Source: an uncultured Candidatus Saccharibacteria bacterium
Lineage (GTDB): Bacteria; Patescibacteriota; Minisyncoccia; Phycocordibacterales; UBA9973
Reading direction: 5' to 3'
Assembly (NCBI GenBank): GCA_964474435.1
Contig: CAYYSI010000001.1
Coordinates: forward strand, 190,647-254,646
DNA: 64,000 nucleotides
Shown here: in pieces, positions 56,357-64,000 of the stretch
How the letters are laid out: each line of letters begins with the position of its first letter
How positions within the stretch are numbered: the first letter of the stretch is position 1
Translations under genes and position numbers: made by a program
Notes under the pieces: model-generated
What the model saw: only the letters and a program-made list of their open reading frames with translations
What the model was told of the DNA's origin: nothing
Database searches by the model: none

Positions 56357-58900
56357 TTAGAGAGTTTTAATCATCTCAAATAGTTCTCTCTGTCTTTCTT
56401 GCAGATGAGCATCAAATACAATCTTGTATTCAAAATCTTTATTTACTTTCTGAAAATCTAAGAAGCCAAGCTCTTTTGCAAACACTTCATTAAATAATGA
56501 TGTGTTAGTTCCATCGTAGCGTGTCTTATTTGCTTCATATTCTGTTTTCTCGGACCCAGATTTTACCTCTACTACTAAGAACCTCCCCTTATCTGTTTCT
56601 ATAAGAAAATCTGGGAAATACTTTGATATACGCTGTTCGGCAGGGTTCCAGTATTCAACATAGAAATCGTTATGTGCATCAGTCGTAATACCACCAGTAA
56701 AATAAACATCTTTAATTATTTCATTTTTATCCAAAAGCTGTCGCATATTCTTGAACAAATCTCGTTCATCACTACTATCAAAATTGTAAGGATTGATATG
56801 AAAACCAATACGGCTAGTAGCTCCGCTTGCTTCTTCTTTTTCTTTGAAGACAACAAGAGCTTTTTTGCCCTCCTCTCTGCTCATCTTGAATGGGTATTCC
56901 TTTGTGAGTTCAATTTCTTCTTCGGTGGTTGTCTCTGTCTCCGTATACTGATAAACAGTCTCAAGAACAGTTTGAATAATAAAAGGCAAGAACCCCACAC
57001 TTGTATTCACTTTATTTACCAGTTCACTCCTAGATAATCCTATATTTTCTGATAATTGTCCTACTGCCAAACAAGATAAATGAGTATAGCGATTTATAAG
57101 TTCTACGATTTCATAGTAGGTGTATGAGTTTGTCTCCTTGAGTTTCTTTGAACCGACTGTGTCTTGCTTGAGCACTGCTTTACCAGAAGCATCCATCACA
57201 AGCTCTGAACCCAAGATATAGTGCTCATATTTTTCTGCTTTGTATTTCTTAATATCAATCTTGATGTCGTTTATATTTCTTGCCTCTGTGGCGATAATAT
57301 CTCGGATAAGTTTTTTTACTTTAATGGTTTTTTTCTTTTCAACTTTGATTTCAAACTCAAAACTCTCTTGCTCTTGATTGTTGATGTCTTGAATACTTGA
57401 GGCAAAGTTATTCTTGAGTTCTTTATCTAGGACCTTATAATTTTCTCGTGATAGGAATATGTGAGCTCGTGTAGAATTGTCTCCAATAGAACGCATACAG
57501 CGGGTGGATGCTTGAAGCACGAAGATTGAACTAGATGGTTTACGATATAAAGCACACGCAACGAGAGAGCGACAGTTCCATCCCTCTGTCCCTTTACCAA
57601 CAAGAAGCACAAATTGCTTTTCACTTTCTATTGTATCCAACATCCGAAACTCATCTTTATTATTTTCAGCTTCGGTGTGATATTCAAGAACTTTATCAAT
57701 CGGTATACCCATCTCGGTAAGAACTCTCTCAATACGGGGCTTGAGTTCGTTTCGTAGATTTTCAATGTTTGGAGCATAAAAAGCCATTTTAGGTAGACGA
57801 CCCTCAAGACGATTTTCTTTATATTCGGACCAAAAAGTAGAGAGAACTTCTTCAATAAAAACATTTGAACGGACCTCTCCGAAATCTAGTATTTTCACTT
57901 GCTTCAAGATACCTTTCTCTATTCCTTGCTTGAGCCCGAAATGGTAAACAACATCATCTATCATTCTATTGTTTATATAAGGCGTTCCTGTAAGGTTTAC
58001 AACGCCCACGAGTGGAGTATTGCCGTGTAAATAATCAATCGTCTGGCGTGTTTTCTTCAATGCACCCTCAAGATTTACACCATAGGAATGGTGGGCTTCA
58101 TCAACAAATATGACAAGGTTATTGAGCTCTCGGATGGCACGGAGACGAGCATTTTCTACTTCACGCTTTGCGAGTTCATTTTTATCACCAAATAGTTTTT
58201 TTACCCCACCATCCGTATCACTATTTCTTGTCTTGAGTATTATCTTTTGTGAGTTTGAGACGATGACATTGTAATTACCAATCGGAGAGAGCCCAGTTTC
58301 AGTGCTCTCTAAATAATGATACTTAATGTTAAGTAAAATGTTTTGATATTCTTTTGGTAGGACCTTTGAGTAATCAAAAGTTTTTATTTCTTTCAAACTT
58401 TCTATAATAGTCGTATCGGGAGCAAACACGAGAGCGTTCTTAGCGAAGCGTTTATCATCAGAATGATAATAAGAAAGCACAAAATCGTATATTAAAAATG
58501 TCGCCATTAAAATGGTTTTACCAGAACCCATCGTCAGTGCATATACTTGGTTCGCATAATTTTGAGCACCAAACTTTTCTTTAATGATTTCGGATATTTG
58601 CTCATCACGATTATTGGCTTCCATAATGTCAGAAATTGTTCTCTCTGGCACACCTAAAGAGCGGAGTAAATCAGATTTCTTTGTGAAAGCATCTTGAAAA
58701 ATCTCGCTTGTTGGTTTATTTTTCAAAATCTCTTTTATGTAGATATAAGTTTCAAGAGCTTCAATTTGTGGTTCGTGTAAAAAGCCGACACGCTTTACAT
58801 AATTCAAAATGTTTACACTCTCTTTGAATGCTTCTTTATAGCCGTTTTCTTTCCACTCGGATACTTTACCTTTTATATTTTCAAGAAATGTATTCTCCAT
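56357..58900 (-). CDS. res: Type III restriction endonuclease Res subunit-like SF2 helicase/nuclease
   Basis: Walker A MGSGKT, DEAHH, EGW, Q...R..R, C-terminal PDF...EVK. Confidence 0.85.
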   Translation of the reverse strand: MENTFLENIKGKVSEWKENGYKEAFKESVNILNYVKRVGFLHEPQIEALETYIYIKEILKNKPTSEIFQDAFTKKSDLLRSLGVPERTISDIMEANNRDEQISEIIKEKFGAQNYANQVYALTMGSGKTILMATFLIYDFVLSYYHSDDKRFAKNALVFAPDTTIIESLKEIKTFDYSKVLPKEYQNILLNIKYHYLESTETGLSPIGNYNVIVSNSQKIILKTRNSDTDGGVKKLFGDKNELAKREVENARLRAIRELNNLVIFVDEAHHSYGVNLEGALKKTRQTIDYLHGNTPLVGVVNLTGTPYINNRMIDDVVYHFGLKQGIEKGILKQVKILDFGEVRSNVFIEEVLSTFWSEYKENRLEGRLPKMAFYAPNIENLRNELKPRIERVLTEMGIPIDKVLEYHTEAENNKDEFRMLDTIESEKQFVLLVGKGTEGWNCRSLVACALYRKPSSSIFVLQASTRCMRSIGDNSTRAHIFLSRENYKVLDKELKNNFASSIQDINNQEQESFEFEIKVEKKKTIKVKKLIRDIIATEARNINDIKIDIKKYKAEKYEHYILGSELVMDASGKAVLKQDTVGSKKLKETNSYTYYEIVELINRYTHLSCLAVGQLSENIGLSRSELVNKVNTSVGFLPFIIQTVLETVYQYTETETTTEEEIELTKEYPFKMSREEGKKALVVFKEKEEASGATSRIGFHINPYNFDSSDERDLFKNMRQLLDKNEIIKDVYFTGGITTDAHNDFYVEYWNPAEQRISKYFPDFLIETDKGRFLVVEVKSGSEKTEYEANKTRYDGTNTSLFNEVFAKELGFLDFQKVNKDFEYKIVFDAHLQERQRELFEMIKTL

Positions 58901-58904
58901 AGCG

Positions 58905-60668
58905 TTATGCGGTTATTTCAAAAGTTTCAAAACATTCTTCTCCGAGAACATCTACAATTTTGACTGCTACGGTATATTTGCCTTTCTTTGAATACTCCCA
59001 AGTGTAGTCAGCTTTGACGAGCTCACGCTTTGTTGGTAGGTCCATAATCTCCGCATTGAATAGGTCGCCAGTATAATCTACATCAATCGCCACACTATCA
59101 ATAATCTGACGGAAATCTTCTACTTTCGCTTGGTATTCTTTCTTGATGGCTTTACTATTTTCAATCTCTAATTTTCGCATCAGTATCGGTGAATAGAACT
59201 CTTTGAGTGATACAGAAAGTTTTTTATCTTTAGCTTTGACTGTAATCATCGCTTCTGGTGGCTTCTTGAATACAAGATTTTTCTTGTCTGTGGTAATATC
59301 TCGGACATCAATTTTTACTCCTGTTTTATTTTCCTTTTTAAGATAATCAGCGACTTCAAGGTCCATACCAGAACAGATAACAAGGACACCCTCGTCATAT
59401 ACTGGCTCGCCAGATTTTGATTTCTTTTTTACTGTAAAATCAGCGAGTTTATCACTAACATTTTTTAGTAAAGTTTTCATATCTAGCTTATTGAGAACTC
59501 TGTTCATAGGCATTACCTTTACATAGGAAGTATCAAGCACACCATCAAAATAGCTTCGCTTCATTGGTTCTACTCCATACATCTCCATTACTATTTCTTT
59601 CGCTTCAAGCTCGTTCTTAAACGCCGTATATTCATTCACATTAAGAACCTTGAAACCAGTGGCACCTTTTTGCTCATCAATAATCTGATTAAGTCGTTTT
59701 GTAGAAGTTTGTATTGCTCCGAGATTTATGTCGCATCCAATCCATCTGCGACCTAGCTTTTGAGATACAGCACAAGTGGTCCCAGAACCAACAAAACAAT
59801 CAAGAACTAAATCACCCTCATTTGATGCGATGTTTATAAGTAGTTCTAGTAGTCCCTCTGGTTTTTGTGTAGGATAATCTGTTCTTTCGCTTGATAGGTT
59901 TAATACAGGTCTAGTATTAAAAGTTATAATCTTACCATCTTTATTTACTGTATTTATCAATCCCTCAAAAACATCTCTCAAGATTGTGTCTACATAAAAA
60001 CGACCCTGTTCATCTTGTAAACTACCCATAAATGATTTCTCAAGATACTGTCTTTCACCTTGACTGTGAACTTCAAAGGTATTATTTTTTCTATAAAAAA
60101 GAATTGTGTCGTGCTTTTTAGGTAAGCTCTCTTTTCTTGAAGCACCACCAGAGCGATATGACCAAACTATCTCATTTACAAAATTATCTTCACCAAAAAC
60201 TTCGTCCATAGTTAAACGTAAATGTGAGTTTTTATGCCAATCGCAATGTAAATAAATTGCTCCTTTATCAGAGAGTAATTCTTTCAGAATTAAAAGGCGT
60301 TCATACATAAATTGAAGATACTCATCTTTTTCCCAAATATCTCCATATTGCTTTTCTTCAAGCAAACTATGATTTTCTCCCTCAACTTTTTCTCCCTTAA
60401 ATTGTATTTTGCGAATATAATCAGCTTTACTATCAAACGGAGGGTCTATATATATTAAATCTACTTTGCCACGATACTCTTTGAGTAAATGTGCAAGAAC
60501 TTGGAGATTATCTCCCCAAAATAATTTATTAAAATCTGGCGACTTTTTATTACCATATATTTCTTTTTCTTGAGCAGGATAATACTCAATACTCTCCAAA
60601 GGTTTCTTGCCAGCCCATACGAGCATAGCCCTGCCTTTGGCTTTTTCTATTGATTGTAATTTTTGCAT
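58905..60668 (-). CDS. mod: Type III R-M N6-adenine methyltransferase (Mod)
   Basis: GDNL, IDPPF, YPTQKPE, FVGSGTT; directly upstream of res. Confidence 0.9.
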   Translation of the reverse strand: MQKLQSIEKAKGRAMLVWAGKKPLESIEYYPAQEKEIYGNKKSPDFNKLFWGDNLQVLAHLLKEYRGKVDLIYIDPPFDSKADYIRKIQFKGEKVEGENHSLLEEKQYGDIWEKDEYLQFMYERLLILKELLSDKGAIYLHCDWHKNSHLRLTMDEVFGEDNFVNEIVWSYRSGGASRKESLPKKHDTILFYRKNNTFEVHSQGERQYLEKSFMGSLQDEQGRFYVDTILRDVFEGLINTVNKDGKIITFNTRPVLNLSSERTDYPTQKPEGLLELLINIASNEGDLVLDCFVGSGTTCAVSQKLGRRWIGCDINLGAIQTSTKRLNQIIDEQKGATGFKVLNVNEYTAFKNELEAKEIVMEMYGVEPMKRSYFDGVLDTSYVKVMPMNRVLNKLDMKTLLKNVSDKLADFTVKKKSKSGEPVYDEGVLVICSGMDLEVADYLKKENKTGVKIDVRDITTDKKNLVFKKPPEAMITVKAKDKKLSVSLKEFYSPILMRKLEIENSKAIKKEYQAKVEDFRQIIDSVAIDVDYTGDLFNAEIMDLPTKRELVKADYTWEYSKKGKYTVAVKIVDVLGEECFETFEITA

Positions 60669-60720
60669 AGTGTGGGCAACCCTATGACTTGAAGTCCGTT
60701 ATTTATAATAAAAAAACCAA

Positions 60721-60857
60721 AATGGACACCCCAAGACAGGTGCCCACAAGCTGACAACAAACGTCGCCAATCCTGTATTCCTGCTTAGAATGTCCATTCT
60801 AGACAGGATTAGCGACAAAGAGCTGTCAGCTCTAATTTATATATCAACTTGTGGGCA
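60721..60857 (-). ncRNA. Structured c4-like RNA in the 5' leader of mod
   Basis: Nested stems 60741-50/60848-57, 60763-76/60803-16, 60786-92/60795-801, 60819-23/60829-33; -10 TATAGT at 60863-68. Confidence 0.55.
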
Positions 60858-60943
60858 TATAAACTATACCAAAAATTACTTAATTTTCATAGTAAAAAAT
60901 GGTAGAATGTTGATGTTTTTAAGATAAATTACAATTACACTAT

Positions 60944-63370
60944 ATGTCTAAAATAAAACCGATAGACGATGAAGACGATAAATCAATTTGGGATGGGATA
61001 GATTTTTCAAATAGCCAGAACAAACTCTGGTTCTCTATTGATTTCTTGGGAAGGATTGGGATTTTGGAAGAAAAGGAAATAACGAAACTCAAAAAAGATG
61101 ATATAGATTATTTGCTTGTTGGGGTTATTAAACAAGAGTATCAGAAAGGCGGAAAGAAAAAGTTTGAAATTATTCACACTACAACAACATTGGACCTTAT
61201 AAGTGGAGATTTCCAAATACAAAAAACAAAAACTATTTCTATTGAAGACATCAAAAAAGATTACGAGGAAACTCTATTTCATATTTATATTGAAAGCATT
61301 CAATCTCCACAATCAGAGATTTTGCGTTTCGTGAAAGGTTCTAATTTTCTCAAAGTTTCAACTCAAAAAATTGAAGGAAATCTTTTGTTTCTTTTAATGA
61401 AGAATAAACTTGATGACATAATCCCGAACTATGATGATGATTACTGGCATAAGTCATTTATTCTACGAAAAATCTTGGACCTTTATGATGAAAAGCCAGA
61501 GAAATTGATGCTTGCAAAACAAGAATATGTTGAGCTTTATTTTGAGAAAGAAACAAATCTGCTCAAGAGGTTTAATCTTGCAAAAAAAGTGTTGATGAAA
61601 AATCCTAAATACGAGCCAGCATTGAAAGCTACTTTTGATTACTACACAAAGTCAGACAATCAAGAGATTGAGGATTTCAAAAAGTTTTACAATGAGAACT
61701 ACGAAGAATTGAAAAGTGTCCTCCATTCAAACGATTTTATTCGCCTGTCTTTTGTTTTCTTTTTGAAAAGCAAACAGTTTGATATGTGTGAGGAGCTACT
61801 GAAAAGAGAACTTATTATTCATACCCCGTGGAACTATTTGAAAGATAATATCAACTCATACTTGCGAGGTGTTCTATATTACGAACAAGAAAACTATAAC
61901 GATAGTTTGCGTTATTTCAAGGAAACTGTTGAGAATGTTGGGGATACAGAATTGCTCTTAGGATGCCACATCTATATGTTTTCTATCTATTTGAAACTCA
62001 AGGATGGTATTGGTATTGAGAATACTCTATCCCATATGTGCAGACAGATTGAAAGCATAACTATGAACGATTATTTTGTATTTCAAATGGAACTACCAAC
62101 AAAACAATTCTTTCTTGATGAAATCCAATATGCAATCAAAAATAATGTCAGCGACAAAACTAGGTTGACGGCAATTTATCTTTTCAAGAAGTTTCTTTAC
62201 CAAGACGAGACTATATTGTCAGAAAATAATAGAAAAGAGATTGAAGAGCTACTCAATGAAATAAAGAAGAACACAAAAGAAAATCTCTTTGACCTATACC
62301 TACTTGCTCACGGATATTATCGTATAGACCAATATGACAATGCTGTTATCTATAAGCTCAAGTATGTTCTTACTGGTGGAAAAGAATGGATTTTTACTGA
62401 TATTGCAGAATGTAGCGAGGACTTTTTGTATGACTATGCAACAACTATCAGAAATGAAATCACAAAACCACCAAGTCGTGATGTGCGAGTAGAAAGATAT
62501 TTCAAGGAGATGTTCAGCAAAGACATTGAAGAACTTTTCAAGAAAAAACAATACGACACAATTTCTGATATTTACTCTTTGCTTGAGGGTCCAGCATTGG
62601 AACTATTTTTCTGTCCCGAAGAACTTGAGGACGGATATACTTTCTTTGATAGAAGGTTTGAGGTTGCCTATTCTCTCAATGAGGTGGAGAAGACGAATGA
62701 AGCTCAAAAGGTTTACGAGAGCATTGAGGACCCAAGTTCTTCAGTATTGAACAATCTTGCTTTGATATACGAAGGACAAGGAGATATAAAGAAGGCAAGG
62801 GAAACTATCACAAGAGCCATTGAACTAACTGATGGAAAACAAGAACTAATAAACAGAAATAAAGAAAGGATGTTCTCTGTGAAGAAAAGCAATACTCTAA
62901 AAAACAAAAGAGCCGAAGTAGCTCAAAAACCAAAACTGAACTGGTCCGATATTGAAATCAAGTTTACAGATGATAATAACATTGAAATCTATACCAAAGG
63001 AAAACTCTCAACCAAAGGTGATTATGAAACTTTTGGCTTCAAAAAACCGAACAATATATCTTGGGAGATACTACGGGCACTTTCAATCACTAAAACCAAA
63101 ATAAAAGGAAATATGGAGTTTTATTTGACCCCAGATAATATGTTCAGCAAAGATGCTTTCAAATATAAAACTAACAAGAAAAATCTATTCCAAAAATATA
63201 AATCAATTTTATCAAAAGCACTGTGTGAACATTTTGATATAACAGAAGAACCAATACCTTTTGATAAAGCCGTGCAGGGATACAATCCTCTATTAAAAAT
63301 CACTCCAGAGAAGGACTTGAGAAGTCTTGAAATACAAGACACCAGAGCATCAGAATACACTGAAATATAA
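60944..63370 (+). CDS. Large TPR-repeat protein with a possible C-terminal DNA-binding domain
   Basis: TPR motifs (e.g. LNNLALIYEGQG...A...RAIEL); distinct C-terminal domain of about 140 aa. Confidence 0.75.
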   Translation: MSKIKPIDDEDDKSIWDGIDFSNSQNKLWFSIDFLGRIGILEEKEITKLKKDDIDYLLVGVIKQEYQKGGKKKFEIIHTTTTLDLISGDFQIQKTKTISIEDIKKDYEETLFHIYIESIQSPQSEILRFVKGSNFLKVSTQKIEGNLLFLLMKNKLDDIIPNYDDDYWHKSFILRKILDLYDEKPEKLMLAKQEYVELYFEKETNLLKRFNLAKKVLMKNPKYEPALKATFDYYTKSDNQEIEDFKKFYNENYEELKSVLHSNDFIRLSFVFFLKSKQFDMCEELLKRELIIHTPWNYLKDNINSYLRGVLYYEQENYNDSLRYFKETVENVGDTELLLGCHIYMFSIYLKLKDGIGIENTLSHMCRQIESITMNDYFVFQMELPTKQFFLDEIQYAIKNNVSDKTRLTAIYLFKKFLYQDETILSENNRKEIEELLNEIKKNTKENLFDLYLLAHGYYRIDQYDNAVIYKLKYVLTGGKEWIFTDIAECSEDFLYDYATTIRNEITKPPSRDVRVERYFKEMFSKDIEELFKKKQYDTISDIYSLLEGPALELFFCPEELEDGYTFFDRRFEVAYSLNEVEKTNEAQKVYESIEDPSSSVLNNLALIYEGQGDIKKARETITRAIELTDGKQELINRNKERMFSVKKSNTLKNKRAEVAQKPKLNWSDIEIKFTDDNNIEIYTKGKLSTKGDYETFGFKKPNNISWEILRALSITKTKIKGNMEFYLTPDNMFSKDAFKYKTNKKNLFQKYKSILSKALCEHFDITEEPIPFDKAVQGYNPLLKITPEKDLRSLEIQDTRASEYTEI

Positions 63371-63511
63371 TTGATTGACTGAAGTTTTCAGCGAGATGTA
63401 AAGACAAAAACTACTTGAAATATAGTGGTTTTTTCTTTTGGGCTGATTTTTCAGCATATAAGGTGAGAGCAGGAACACTCTCAACATTATAAATTATTAA
63501 GCAAAAATTAT

Positions 63512-63799
63512 ATGCAAAAAGCACATAAAACAAAAAATGACTTTGAGTATATCCAGTCAGAAAACTCAAAAGAGTTTTTTCAAAGTGCAGATTTAGGTCT
63601 CGCTACCGCACTATGTTGTAGAGGATACAGTCTCATAACATTAGACAAACAAGACCCTCGTAAGGTTTCTTTTATATTCAAACGAGAGGTCGGGATAGAA
63701 GAAGATGCCGATGCTTATTGGTCCAATGAATTGGAAACCAAAGCACGGAATTATTTTGATAATTTGCGAACATTAAAAAATCGCATCTACTCTGAATAA
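63512..63799 (+). CDS. DUF5659-like protein
   Basis: DL.LA.AL...G..L..LD......F.F...YW....Y...LK.R pattern. Confidence 0.65.
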   Translation: MQKAHKTKNDFEYIQSENSKEFFQSADLGLATALCCRGYSLITLDKQDPRKVSFIFKREVGIEEDADAYWSNELETKARNYFDNLRTLKNRIYSE

Positions 63800-63824
63800 A
63801 TTACTCACCAATAAATTACAATAT

Positions 63825-64000
63825 ATGACTACAAAAATAACTATACAAGAATATCTCTCACAGAAAAGCATTACCTATCGTGAGAGCGGACAGGAACTCA
63901 TTACGAAGTGTATATTCAATGACTGTGATAGAGATAGTGGCGAAAGCGAAGCACATCTTTATTTCAACAAAGATACCTCGCAATATGAGTGTAAAAAATG
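63825..64000 (+). CDS. N-terminus of a Zn-finger primase/helicase-like protein (runs off the window)
   Basis: MTTKITIQEYL...KCIFNDC...HLYFN...YECKK, resembling a primase zinc-binding domain. Confidence 0.6.
   Translation, partial: MTTKITIQEYLSQKSITYRESGQELITKCIFNDCDRDSGESEAHLYFNKDTSQYECKK

Noticed and set aside
1-64000. Alternative genetic code (TGA recoding as in Gracilibacteria/Absconditabacteria)
   Set aside because: Conserved genes are full-length in code 11 and TGA serves as a stop (e.g. PP2C, vWA, rsmH)

Overview
This window appears to come from a small-genome bacterium of Patescibacteria/CPR type, probably Parcubacteria. That assignment is an inference from the reduced housekeeping content, the split transketolase, the presence of rplI, a short Obg and near-leaderless genes; the genetic code is 11. 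There are three zones. (1) About 0.2-14.3 kb is an AT-rich accessory island for NAD+/ADP-ribose metabolism. It encodes pncB, pncA, Gln-dependent nadE, nrtR, a NUDT9-like ADP-ribose pyrophosphatase, an NDT-like protein, an ADP-ribosylglycohydrolase, an Mqo-like oxidoreductase and a 4-gene operon (second nicotinamidase-like hydrolase, vWA, PP2C, Ser/Thr kinase; TerY-P/YegLKI-like). A palindromic TAGTGT-N7-ACACTA NrtR-type operator precedes all four NAD/ADP-ribose transcription units, including the kinase operon. The island ends at a HEPN-motif gene fragment and a 28-bp dif-like site. (2) About 14.4-54.4 kb is core genes for translation, pentose-phosphate/glycolysis and cell wall/division, mostly on the minus strand. 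It is interspersed with AT-rich solo genes, GC-rich hairpin elements, tRNA-Ile, and a GIY-YIG mini-element inserted into tRNA-Glu with a duplicated tRNA 5' half. It also has a stand-alone T9SS sorting-domain protein. (3) About 54.4-64 kb is a second island with a type III restriction-modification system behind a highly structured c4-like RNA leader, a TPR protein, a DUF5659-like protein and the start of a Zn-finger primase-like gene. No CRISPR array or rRNA was seen. All family calls come from motif recognition by eye, not from database searches.
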